A stretch of DNA of 61,514 nt from an uncultured Candidatus Saccharibacteria bacterium (lineage in GTDB: Bacteria > Patescibacteriota > Minisyncoccia > Portnoybacterales > UBA2143): the NCBI GenBank assembly GCA_964548405.1, contig CAZJPW010000003.1:1-61514 (forward strand), given 5' to 3'. Under the pieces are notes generated by a model. It did not search any database, was not told where the DNA came from, and saw only the letters and a list, made by a program, of their open reading frames with translations. Of the stretch, positions 1-8,865 are shown piece by piece. The first letter of the stretch is position 1. Each line of letters opens with the position of its first letter. Position numbers and translations under genes: made by a program.

Positions 1-2
1 CT

Positions 3-2015
3 TTAACTTTAAATGTTGATACGACTGCGCCTTCAGATATCTTAGATTTATCAGCCAATCAGGGTAATAATCGGGGAGAAATTAGCTTAACTTGGACAGC
101 GCCGGGCGATGATGGGAATAATGGCACGGCTAGTGAATACATATTAAGATATTCTACTTCTTCTGAAATAACTTCTCTTAATTGGGCTTCATCAACAGAT
201 ATTATTAGTGAACCTGCTCCTAGTGTATCTGGCAGTACAGAAAGTTTAACTGTTAGCAATTTAGATACTAGCCAGACATATTATTGGTCAATTAAATCAG
301 AAGATGAAATGGATAATTCTTCTGATATTTCTAATTCTGCTTCCAGCAGCCCTTCAGGTTTAGCTAATAACTTAGTAATCAGCGAGTTACAAGTCAGGGG
401 AGGATCATCTGAAGACGATGAATTTATCGAGATATATAATTCAACGGGTTCAGCTGTTGATTTGAGTAGTTATTCAATTCAATATAGGGGCAGTGAATCA
501 GGTTCTTTTGATAAGGAGAATTTAACTGGATCTATCCCAGTCAACGGATTCTTTCTAATAACTAATGATAGCTATAACGGACATATGCAGGCTGACTTAA
601 GCCATAATTCTTTTCAAATGTCAGCTACGGGTGGCAATGTCTTTTTAGTTAATAATCAAACTATATTAACCGATCCTGAAGATAATTCTATTATTGATAA
701 AGTATCGTACGGCACAGGCGCTTATCTTTTCCCGGAATCTTCGGAATACAGTACGGCGCCCGGCCAAGAACAGAGCTTAGAAAGAAAAAACCGAAGCACT
801 TCCACAGCCGAACTTTTAGCTGTTAACGGAGATAATCATTGGCAGGGTAATAATTGGGACGGGGATAATAATAGTGGTGATTTTGTTTTACAAACAGATC
901 CTAATCCTCAGAGTTCATTAAGCTTGACTGAACCAAGAGGCAGTTTTGCTAGTTTAGCTGATACGGTTTGTCCAATGATTCAGTATGATATTGGTCATTC
1001 GGGCTTGAGTTCTGAGGCTAATAACGCAACTGGTTCGCCTACGAGTACGCCTAAATGGACGGTCAGCTTAGGTTCAAGCAATCCAACCTCGCCTATAATT
1101 AGTTCTGATGGGTCTATTTATGTGGGGGCGGCTAATGGGGATTTATACAAATTAACCACAAATGGTGTTAAAAGTAAGTTTTACGATACTGGAACAGCTG
1201 GAACTGTTAAAACACCGGTTTTAGATTCAGATGGTAATATTTATTTAACAGATAATGCTTATCTTTATGCTGTGAACTCTAGTGGGCAGTTGATTTGGAA
1301 ATATATTGTAGCTAATACATCAGAACCAGTAATTGATTCCAGTGGCAATATATATATTGCTGATGATACTAATTTGTTTGCTTTTACCCCTAATGGGGAA
1401 AAGATCTGGCAGAGCGAACAATTAAGTAATACTCGCTGGATTCGTACCCCAGTCATAGATTCTAGTGGTGTTCTATATACAGTAGGCAGGATTGGTAATA
1501 GCGAATATGTTTATGCTGTAAATCAAAGTGATGGCACTATTAAGTGGCAAACAAGCGCTGGCGGGTATTCAACAGCACCAAGTCTGGATAACCAGGGAAC
1601 TCTTTATATAGGTACTGAATCAGATGGTTTATACGCCCTTAATTCTTCAGATGGCAGCCAGAAATGGGCTAATTCTTTAGGAAATATTAGTAGTCCCATC
1701 CCAGCTATTAATGGGGATAATATATATGTTGGAACTGATAATTATGCTTTTTATGATATTGATAGGACAAACGGCAGCACTAATTGGACCTTTGCTAGTT
1801 TTGATGATAAAGTTTATGCTTCAGCTACGATTGATAGTAATGGAATAATATATATCGGAGGACAGGATAAAATGTTTTATGCTTTGAATACGGATAAATC
1901 AATTAAGTGGCAGGCAGAGTTAAATGATAGGATTAGTTATGGGGCGGTGATCGGTTCTGACGGCACAATTTACGCAGTTTCCATTGACGGTACAGTTTAC
2001 GCCTTTGGGCAGTAG
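3..2015 (+). CDS. 5'-truncated surface protein: FN3 + lamin-tail domain + PQQ-like beta-propeller
   Basis: The frame of ORF 309..2015 is open back to base 3 (LTLNVDTTAPSD...WTAPGDDGNNGTASEYILRYST, FN3-type), so the gene starts before the window. LTD motif LVISELQVRGGSSEDDEFIEIYN. C-terminal W-x-x-(S/T)...SSPxIxxDGxIYVG repeats. Confidence 0.8.
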   Translation, partial: LTLNVDTTAPSDILDLSANQGNNRGEISLTWTAPGDDGNNGTASEYILRYSTSSEITSLNWASSTDIISEPAPSVSGSTESLTVSNLDTSQTYYWSIKSEDEMDNSSDISNSASSSPSGLANNLVISELQVRGGSSEDDEFIEIYNSTGSAVDLSSYSIQYRGSESGSFDKENLTGSIPVNGFFLITNDSYNGHMQADLSHNSFQMSATGGNVFLVNNQTILTDPEDNSIIDKVSYGTGAYLFPESSEYSTAPGQEQSLERKNRSTSTAELLAVNGDNHWQGNNWDGDNNSGDFVLQTDPNPQSSLSLTEPRGSFASLADTVCPMIQYDIGHSGLSSEANNATGSPTSTPKWTVSLGSSNPTSPIISSDGSIYVGAANGDLYKLTTNGVKSKFYDTGTAGTVKTPVLDSDGNIYLTDNAYLYAVNSSGQLIWKYIVANTSEPVIDSSGNIYIADDTNLFAFTPNGEKIWQSEQLSNTRWIRTPVIDSSGVLYTVGRIGNSEYVYAVNQSDGTIKWQTSAGGYSTAPSLDNQGTLYIGTESDGLYALNSSDGSQKWANSLGNISSPIPAINGDNIYVGTDNYAFYDIDRTNGSTNWTFASFDDKVYASATIDSNGIIYIGGQDKMFYALNTDKSIKWQAELNDRISYGAVIGSDGTIYAVSIDGTVYAFGQ

Positions 2016-2081
2016 TTTGTTAACTTTTTTGAAAAACTTTTAAAAAGAGGACCCAACTCAAGGAGATGGATTCTTTTTTTG

Positions 2082-2110
2082 TTGCTCAAAAATCCAAAAT
2101 ATCATATACT
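2082..2110 (+). promoter_or_regulatory. sigma70-type promoter
   Basis: TTGCTC (2082-2087), N17, TATACT (2105-2110); ATG 2120 follows 9 nt later. Confidence 0.55.
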
Positions 2111-2119
2111 TTACTTAAG

Positions 2120-2623
2120 ATGCAAGAGAAGGCATTAGATTTAGTTTTGGCAGTCTACCGAGTGACAAAGTTATTTCCGGAGGGGGAGGTTTTAATTGGG
2201 CAGATGAGAGAGAAAGCCAATCAAATTTTAGCCGAGGTAATTTTAAAACGCAATAAGGGGATAAAAAAACAGATTAAAATCATTTTAGCATATATTGATA
2301 TAGCTCGGGATCAGTCATGGGTTAAGGATATTAATTTTATTATTCTGGAAAAGGAATACAATAACTTATTAGTTAAGAATAACGTTAAGAAAAAGAAAGA
2401 TGAAGATAGCGAAAAGATTGATGATTTGAATAAGCGGCAGTATAAGATTTTAAACTATATCAAAGCTAGAGAATTTGTTAAAATGGGAGAACTGGTTGAA
2501 TTTCTTAATGGGGCTAGTCCAAGGACGATTCGTGGTGATTTAAATGTTATGACTAAGAAAAAGCTCTTAGTTCATCAAGGGAGAGGCAGGGGAAGTATCT
2601 ATAAAATTAATAAGGCAGAATAA
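2120..2623 (+). CDS. Four-helix-bundle protein with C-terminal DeoR-like winged HTH
   Basis: N-terminus LVLAVYRVTKLFPEGEVLIGQMREKAN; C-terminus LNKRQYKILNYI...ASPRTIRGDLNVMTKKKLLVHQGRGRGSIY. Start moved from 2066 to ATG 2120 because a promoter lies between the two. Confidence 0.7.
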   Translation: MQEKALDLVLAVYRVTKLFPEGEVLIGQMREKANQILAEVILKRNKGIKKQIKIILAYIDIARDQSWVKDINFIILEKEYNNLLVKNNVKKKKDEDSEKIDDLNKRQYKILNYIKAREFVKMGELVEFLNGASPRTIRGDLNVMTKKKLLVHQGRGRGSIYKINKAE

Positions 2624-2678
2624 GGCAATAATAAGGCAGAGTGTATTGCCTTATTAATTGCCCTATTATTGCCCTATT
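2609..2678. repeat. 3 x AATAAGGCA followed by 3 reverse-complement copies TGCCYTATT (long hairpin)
   Basis: Units at 2609, 2619, 2630 and at 2647, 2659, 2670. Confidence 0.9.
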
Positions 2679-2680
2679 CT

Positions 2681-3403
2681 ATGAAAGGAATAATTTTAGC
2701 AGGAGGTTCAGCAACTCGTTTAAAACCATTGACTAAGGTGACTAATAAGCACCTTTTGCCGATTTATGATAAGCCGATGATCTATTATCCTATTGAAACC
2801 CTGATTAAGGCAGGAATCAAGGATATTATGATTGTTTCCGGCAAAGGACACGCCGGTCATTTCTTAGAGCTATTAAGATCAGGTAAAGAATTCGGAGCTA
2901 GGTTTTCATACGCTGTTCAAGAAAAACCTGGCGGTATTGCTCAAGCTTTAGCCCTTTGTGAAGATTTTGCTGATAATGATAAAATTGTTGTTATATTAGG
3001 TGATAATATCTTGGAAAATGGCATAACTAAGCCAGTGCGAGACTTTAAAAAGCAAAAAAGAGGAGCTAAAATCATATTAAAACAAGTATCTAATCCTAAG
3101 TCTTTTGGCGTAGCTCAATTAGTAAAAGATAAGATTGTTAAAATAGTAGAAAAACCCAAAAGGCCTAAATCTGATTTAGCTGTGATAGGCGTATATATGT
3201 ATGATAAACAAGTTTGGCAGGTAACAAAAACCTTAAAGCCTTCAGCCCGGGGTGAATTGGAAATAACGGATGTTAATAATTTTTATGTTAAGCAAAAAAC
3301 AATGACTTTTAATATCCTTAAGGGCTGGTGGGGCGATGGAGGCGAATCTTTTGATAGTTTATTGGAAGTAGGTAATTTAGTAGCTAAAAAAAGGCTTAAA
3401 TAA
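2681..3403 (+). CDS. rfbA: Glucose-1-phosphate thymidylyltransferase (short RmlA/SpsI type)
   Basis: MKGIILAGGSATRLKPLT, NKHLLPIYDKPMIYYP, QEKPGGIAQA, PSARGELEITD. ATG 2681 preferred over TTG 2669. Confidence 0.9.
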   Translation: MKGIILAGGSATRLKPLTKVTNKHLLPIYDKPMIYYPIETLIKAGIKDIMIVSGKGHAGHFLELLRSGKEFGARFSYAVQEKPGGIAQALALCEDFADNDKIVVILGDNILENGITKPVRDFKKQKRGAKIILKQVSNPKSFGVAQLVKDKIVKIVEKPKRPKSDLAVIGVYMYDKQVWQVTKTLKPSARGELEITDVNNFYVKQKTMTFNILKGWWGDGGESFDSLLEVGNLVAKKRLK

Positions 3404-3413
3404 GCCAAAAAAC

Positions 3414-3938
3414 GTGAAAAAGCGCCAATTCATTAAATTCTATAACACCAACGCGCCGCGCATTTACCGTTTTGTATTCTTAAAGGTAAATTCGCCCCAT
3501 GATTCTGAAGATTTAACATCAGAGGCGTTTTTTAAGTTTTGGCAGGATTTAGATGGTAAAAGACAAAAAAGAGAGAAAATAGATAATCCTAGAGCCTTAT
3601 TATATAAAATAGCTAATAACCTAGTAATTGATTTTTACCGCAAGAAATCGCGGACAGAACTGTCAATTGACCCTGATGACACTATTTTAGCTAAAATAGA
3701 AGATAGGACAGATACCGATTTAAACAAGAAATTAGCTCTTAATTCAGATATGATTGAGGTAAAAAAAGCCTTAAATCAGCTTAATCACGATTATCAAAAT
3801 ATCATTATCTGGCATTATTTAGACGATTTCTCTGCTAAAGAAATATCGCAGATTTTGGAAAAGCCGGAAAATAACATTAGAGTTTTGATCCATCGGGCTC
3901 TAAAATCGCTTAAAAAAGGCATATCTTTGGATAAATAG
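3414..3938 (+). CDS. ECF RNA polymerase sigma factor
   Basis: Region 2 IYRFVFLKV...SEDLTSEAFFKFW and PRALLYKIANNLVIDFYRK; region 4 SAKEISQILEKPENNIRVLIHRALKSLK; 174 aa. Confidence 0.92.
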   Translation: MKKRQFIKFYNTNAPRIYRFVFLKVNSPHDSEDLTSEAFFKFWQDLDGKRQKREKIDNPRALLYKIANNLVIDFYRKKSRTELSIDPDDTILAKIEDRTDTDLNKKLALNSDMIEVKKALNQLNHDYQNIIIWHYLDDFSAKEISQILEKPENNIRVLIHRALKSLKKGISLDK

Positions 3939-3939
3939 G

Positions 3940-3965
3940 TGTAATAGAATCAAGTTTTATACGTC
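3940..3965 (+). promoter_or_regulatory. ECF-type promoter TGTAAT-N16-CGTC
   Basis: TGTAAT 3940-3945 and CGTC 3962-3965, in the 42-bp gap between the sigma gene and its partner. Confidence 0.65.
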
Positions 3966-3980
3966 ATAATTAGTAAGAAC

Positions 3981-4703
3981 ATGAATCAGGATTTTATTAA
4001 GAAAATCAAACAATTAAAGAAGATAGAGCCATCTCGAGAATGGTTGGATTCTACGCGTAGCAATTTAGTTGCTCAATTTGAACCAGAGATTGGCTTTTTT
4101 CAGTGGTTAAAACAGCCTCAATCCTTTGCTTTGGCTTTTTGCTCTCTCCTTATTATATTAGGCGGTCCTTGGTTAACGCTTCAAGCTTCTAAATCTAGTT
4201 TGCCAGGAGAATTACTTTATTCAGTTAAAAAAGCTAATGAAGGGCTTCAAATGACTGTTGCTTCAGATAATAATAAGACTCAATTAAGAGTTGAATTCGC
4301 CAGTCGTAGGTTGGAAGAATTAAACAAAATAGCTGAAGATTGGCAGAAGAGTGAACAAATTAAGAAAGTAGCCAGTGAATTAAAGGATGATTTGAATGAA
4401 GCTAGTGTTTATGCGGATAAAATCTCTGAAGAGAATATTATTGCAGTAGTTAAGAAAGCTAATAAAATAAAGGAAGAATTGGGCGAAAATAAGGAGAGTA
4501 TGTCTTCGGAAGCGCAAATAGAGTTAGTTGAAGCAGAAAAAGCAGTTGAAGAGATTAATAGGCAGATTTTAACCGCTCTAATAAAGGATAAAGAATCAGG
4601 AGAGGGGTCAGCTACTACTACTGATCAAGAGATTCTAATTTTCTTAGAAGAATTGGATGATGGATCAGTTACTACTACAGATAGGGTTATAAACGGAGAG
4701 TAA
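3981..4703 (+). CDS. DUF5667-like membrane protein, putative anti-sigma partner
   Basis: One TM helix (FALAFCSLLIILGGPWLTL) followed by SLPGELLYSVKKANE...RVEFASRRLEEL; directly downstream of the ECF gene. Confidence 0.65.
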   Translation: MNQDFIKKIKQLKKIEPSREWLDSTRSNLVAQFEPEIGFFQWLKQPQSFALAFCSLLIILGGPWLTLQASKSSLPGELLYSVKKANEGLQMTVASDNNKTQLRVEFASRRLEELNKIAEDWQKSEQIKKVASELKDDLNEASVYADKISEENIIAVVKKANKIKEELGENKESMSSEAQIELVEAEKAVEEINRQILTALIKDKESGEGSATTTDQEILIFLEELDDGSVTTTDRVINGE

Positions 4704-4754
4704 AAAATAATTATAAATATATGGACTAAATGTTGAGAAATGGTCGAATATTTC

Positions 4755-4783
4755 TTGACATTTGGAGGATTTAGTATTAATAT
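4755..4783 (+). promoter_or_regulatory. Strong sigma70 promoter for the S-layer-like gene
   Basis: TTGACA 4755-4760, N17, TAATAT 4778-4783. Confidence 0.7.
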
Positions 4784-4903
4784 AGCCAGTCAGTCGTAAT
4801 ATTAATGTATCAGGTCGATACGGCTGAAGAATTAAAAAAGTCGAATGAGGTTGTCTAATATCATGTGAATTAGATAATCTCAGAGATTAAAACAAATATC
4901 AAA

Positions 4904-7900
4904 ATGATAAAAATGAAAAAAGTTGTCTCAATTGTAACTTCTGTTGCTACAACTGTCTCTCTTTCAGGTGTTGCTTTATTAATGCCTGTAGCCACTATGG
5001 CTGCTGACGTTGTCGATGGCGATTTAATTCGCAATCCAAGCGCCGCAGGATTGGCTTCACTTGACATTTACATTGTCAAGGTTGTGGGTGAAAAGAAGTT
5101 CAAGAGACTAATTTTAAGCCCTCATGTATTTGAGAGCTATGCACACTTTGACAAAAACGGTAATGGTGATAACTGGGATGATGTCATGGATGTTGATCAA
5201 GCAACCATGGACGCCTACACTACTACTGATTTAGTCAGAGAAGATGGTAACGATAAAGTTTATCGTCTATATGCTGCTGACGGATCTGATACTGGTGATA
5301 AGTATTGGCTTAATATGACTGCCAGCGACTTTACAGCAGTCTTTGACGCTGATGCTATTTATACCATTAATAGTACCGACACAGCAGGCTATACAGCCGG
5401 CGCAAACGTTACCGATGCTAGCGCAACTTTCCCACCTGTAGGTGGTGATGTTGTTACTAGTACAGGAACTTTAACAGCTACTTTGGCAGCTGATACTCCA
5501 GCTGCGGGTATTGCTGTTGAGAGCGCAGCTAGAATGCCTTTTACAAAGGTTAATCTAACTGCCACAGGCGGCGATGTTATTGTTGATTCATTGGTGATTG
5601 AAAGAGTTGGTTTAGCTAATGACAGCAACTTCTCTTCAATAGATGTTATTGATGGAGGCACAAATCTGCCTCTTAACGTTACCAGCAAGACATTAAATTC
5701 CTTGCATAAGGCTACCTTTAATGATGACTTTACTGTTGCTAATGGCACAACTAAGTCAATCATTCTTGCTGCCAATATGGTTGCTACTTTGGATGCTTAT
5801 GCTGGTGAAGTGCCTGCTTTGAGTTTAGCGGCAATAACCACTAAAGGCGATGCTACGGTAAGCGGCAGTTTGCCTCTCACTGGTAATGCGCAGACAATCA
5901 ACGCTACTATTGTTATTGGCTCAGCAACAATTCAAAGAGGAGCTTACACTAATGCTACTTCTACAACCATCCAGGTTGGAAAAGAAGATTATACTTACTT
6001 TTCTTTCCAGGTAGCAGCTGGTTCAGCTGAAAAAGTTGAATTCAGCCAGGTTAAGGTTTACCAGGAAGGCAGCGCTAGTTTAGGTTCTGATTTAATTAAT
6101 CTTGAATTACTTCAAGATGGTACCAAGATTGCCGATGGCGTAATTGCCAGCAGCAAATATGCTAACTTCAGCTTTGATAAAATCACTTTGGATAAGGGCG
6201 AGACTGCTCAATTCCAAATAAAAGCTGATGTGGCTGATGGTTCAGCTCGAACCGTTATTCTTGGTATTTACAAGACAACTGACTTGTTAGTTGAAGGTGT
6301 AACCTATGGTTACAATATTACTCCAACTTATAGTGGCACAGGTTCTAGCGCCAGCAGTCCTGTCTTAAGCGACAACTCGTTCACTATTTCTAATGGTACC
6401 TTACAGGTTACTAGAAGTAATACGGTTGCCGCAGGAAATGTTTCAGTAGCCAACGACCAAGTTCTTGGCGCCTTTGAATTTGAAGTTAAAGGTGAAATTA
6501 TTGATATTTCCGCTTTGACTTTGACTGTTACTTCTGGTGGAGGTACTGCTCAGATTGAAGACGCTTTATCAGGTGTAGAGTTAATAGATGCGGCCGGCAA
6601 TGTTGTGGCTGGACCAACTGATATAACTAATGATGCTTTAACAGTTGCTTGGACAGATACCTTTAGCGTGCCAGTTGGTAATACGATTTATAGAGTTAGA
6701 GGTGATTTATCAACTAGTGGTGGTTGGGCGAGTGATGACACAATTTATGTCAGCTTTACCCCAGGAGATATGACCGCTACCGGTGATAACACTGGTAACG
6801 CTATCACTCCAACTCCAAGTTCAGCTATTCAGGCTAATACTCAAACAGTTAAGGCCGCTTCTTTGACCGTAACTAGAAATACCTTACCAGCTTCTGCTAC
6901 CATTATTGTTAATCAGAAGGATCTGGTTCTAAATAGTTGGAACTTTGATGCTACTGATTCTGGAGAAGATGTTAGAATTACTTCAATTCTTGCAGCTGGA
7001 AAAGGTCAAGCTGCTACTAACACTGACGCTTTAACTTTGTTTATTGATGAAGACAAAGATGGCGTTTTTGACAGCAGTGATACAACTCTATCGCCAGTTA
7101 ATGATGCAATCGCATCAGCGGCAGCATCTTCTACCTTTGCCTTAAGCGATCCAATCATTGTTACCAAAGGAACTAATATTCATGTTGCTATTAAGGGTGA
7201 CAAGGATACAGTTGCTTCTAACGATACAGAAACTTGGGGTTTGACTGATACAGCTGCTTCAGTAATTGCTTATGGGGTTAACACCGGTAATTCAGTTACT
7301 GAATCTTTAACAGCTGACGATGGTCCAACCTTAACTTCGGTTGCTAATGGAACATTGGTTATTGAAACAACGGGTAATCCTTCAGCTGCGATTGTCTTAG
7401 CCGGATCAACTGGTAATGTATTTACTAATGTTGGTCTAACAGCTAAGTATGAAGCTCTTGATGTTGATAAGCTAACTGTTTTTGTTGGCGATGGTAGTTA
7501 TGCCTTTAATGCAGCGGCTGGTAACTATCAAGATGTTACCAATGTGTCTATTTATGATGGCACAACTCTATTGGGTAGCGCTTCTGTTCCGTCAACCGGC
7601 AGTTATACCTTTAACTTTGATAAAGGTACCTTAGTTGTGCCTAAGGGTACAAATAATGGTAAGATTATTACTGTTAAGGCGGATATGAGTACAGTTGATC
7701 CAGACACTGATAACGCTCCAGGTACTGCTAATGCTGATGTTAAAATTGGTATTGGTGGCGCGAGTGGTATTAAGACAACTGGTCAAGAATCAAATACCGA
7801 AATTACAACTAGCACCTACGAGACCTATCGTAGTTCAACTAGTTCGGAAATGGTTCTAAAGGTCAGCAAACCAACTGTAACTTTGCCAAGCTCAAGTGAT

Positions 7901-8524
7901 TCCTTGGGCGCAGCCACTACATTAACTGACGGCAGTTTGATTATTTATGCCTTTAAGGTGACAGCTGATGCTTCAGGCAGTGACGTATTATTGTACCGAA
8001 CTACCTTTGCTATCGCTTCATCCGGTTCAGGCATGACTGTTACTAATGTCCGTATTGTTGATGAAGATGGTAATACCATTAAGGCAGCTGCTAACCCAAC
8101 TGACTTAACTAGTGATGGTCAGTTTGACTATTACTACACTGCGACTTTCAATAGTCCAGATGTAGATAATGGAGATGCTTTAGAAGCCATTAAGATTTCA
8201 GCCGGTACTAGCAAGACCTTTAAGGTTTACGCTACTATTGCTGGATCTAGCGCTAATGAAAGTGTGACTACATACTTAATTGGTGATACAGCTTCTACTT
8301 CAGCTCAAGTCAACTCTGCCAACCAGGCTGACTTCTTCCAGGCACCAAACGGTGACTTCGCTTCAGATGTTACCAACTTTGTCTGGTCGGATAACTATAA
8401 GCAGTCTAGTATTACTGGTACGGATGGCAATAACGCTACTGACACGACTCAGTGGTATAACGGCCATTTAATTCCAGGATTAGGTAATGTAGTAAGTACC
8501 ACTTCCTACATTATCAGTCGGTAA
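4904..8524 (+). CDS. Major surface (S-layer-like) protein, 1206 aa
   Basis: Signal peptide MKKVVSIVTS...VATMA (alternative start 4913); N-terminal shared domain; long T/S/A/G-rich beta-type body; GCT/ACT/GGT/GTT-rich codons; its own promoter and terminator. Confidence 0.75.
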   Translation: MIKMKKVVSIVTSVATTVSLSGVALLMPVATMAADVVDGDLIRNPSAAGLASLDIYIVKVVGEKKFKRLILSPHVFESYAHFDKNGNGDNWDDVMDVDQATMDAYTTTDLVREDGNDKVYRLYAADGSDTGDKYWLNMTASDFTAVFDADAIYTINSTDTAGYTAGANVTDASATFPPVGGDVVTSTGTLTATLAADTPAAGIAVESAARMPFTKVNLTATGGDVIVDSLVIERVGLANDSNFSSIDVIDGGTNLPLNVTSKTLNSLHKATFNDDFTVANGTTKSIILAANMVATLDAYAGEVPALSLAAITTKGDATVSGSLPLTGNAQTINATIVIGSATIQRGAYTNATSTTIQVGKEDYTYFSFQVAAGSAEKVEFSQVKVYQEGSASLGSDLINLELLQDGTKIADGVIASSKYANFSFDKITLDKGETAQFQIKADVADGSARTVILGIYKTTDLLVEGVTYGYNITPTYSGTGSSASSPVLSDNSFTISNGTLQVTRSNTVAAGNVSVANDQVLGAFEFEVKGEIIDISALTLTVTSGGGTAQIEDALSGVELIDAAGNVVAGPTDITNDALTVAWTDTFSVPVGNTIYRVRGDLSTSGGWASDDTIYVSFTPGDMTATGDNTGNAITPTPSSAIQANTQTVKAASLTVTRNTLPASATIIVNQKDLVLNSWNFDATDSGEDVRITSILAAGKGQAATNTDALTLFIDEDKDGVFDSSDTTLSPVNDAIASAAASSTFALSDPIIVTKGTNIHVAIKGDKDTVASNDTETWGLTDTAASVIAYGVNTGNSVTESLTADDGPTLTSVANGTLVIETTGNPSAAIVLAGSTGNVFTNVGLTAKYEALDVDKLTVFVGDGSYAFNAAAGNYQDVTNVSIYDGTTLLGSASVPSTGSYTFNFDKGTLVVPKGTNNGKIITVKADMSTVDPDTDNAPGTANADVKIGIGGASGIKTTGQESNTEITTSTYETYRSSTSSEMVLKVSKPTVTLPSSSDSLGAATTLTDGSLIIYAFKVTADASGSDVLLYRTTFAIASSGSGMTVTNVRIVDEDGNTIKAAANPTDLTSDGQFDYYYTATFNSPDVDNGDALEAIKISAGTSKTFKVYATIAGSSANESVTTYLIGDTASTSAQVNSANQADFFQAPNGDFASDVTNFVWSDNYKQSSITGTDGNNATDTTQWYNGHLIPGLGNVVSTTSYIISR

Positions 8525-8557
8525 TCGCTAGCTAATCATAGAATAGATTGAAATGGA

Positions 8558-8587
8558 AAAGCTCCCCGCAGTACTGCGGGGAGCTTT
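8558..8587. terminator. Perfect 30-bp palindrome, putative terminator
   Basis: AAAGCTCCCCGCAGT|ACTGCGGGGAGCTTT, 33 nt after the stop codon. Confidence 0.75.
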
Positions 8588-8590
8588 GAG

Positions 8591-8599
8591 TTATCCACA
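8591..8599 (+). promoter_or_regulatory. DnaA box consensus
   Basis: Exact TTATCCACA; the only perfect copy noticed. Confidence 0.45.
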
Positions 8600-8626
8600 G
8601 TTGACGTTGTTTTGTAATGTTTATTT

Positions 8627-8637
8627 TGTGGTATAAT
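8627..8637 (+). promoter_or_regulatory. Extended -10 promoter
   Basis: TGTG-G-TATAAT upstream of the 8866 and 10119 genes. Confidence 0.65.
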
Positions 8638-8865
8638 TTAAAGTAGTTTAGATAATATTAAAAAAGAGAAGACACATAAAAGGTCGGTTTGTGTTTTTGA
8701 GTTGTTTAAATATAAAAGGTCGAAAAGATTAATTAATTTAGTGTTTCTAATTTGTTATTTACTGATGCATGGTAAATAACGGTTAAGAAAATAAAATGAA
8801 TTATATGAAAAATATAATAGAAAAGCATAAAAATTCTAGCTTCTTTATTAAGTGTTTTTATCTCA

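Noticed and set aside
2609-2678. CRISPR array
   Set aside because: Units are 9 nt with 1-3 nt gaps and half are inverted; there are no spacers and no cas genes.
4704-4903. Riboswitch (including cobalamin) or tRNA in the long leaders
   Set aside because: No recognisable consensus; an Infernal/Rfam scan would be needed to exclude it fully.
8591-8599. Replication origin
   Set aside because: Only one perfect DnaA box, no dnaA/dnaN nearby, and no evident change in gene orientation.
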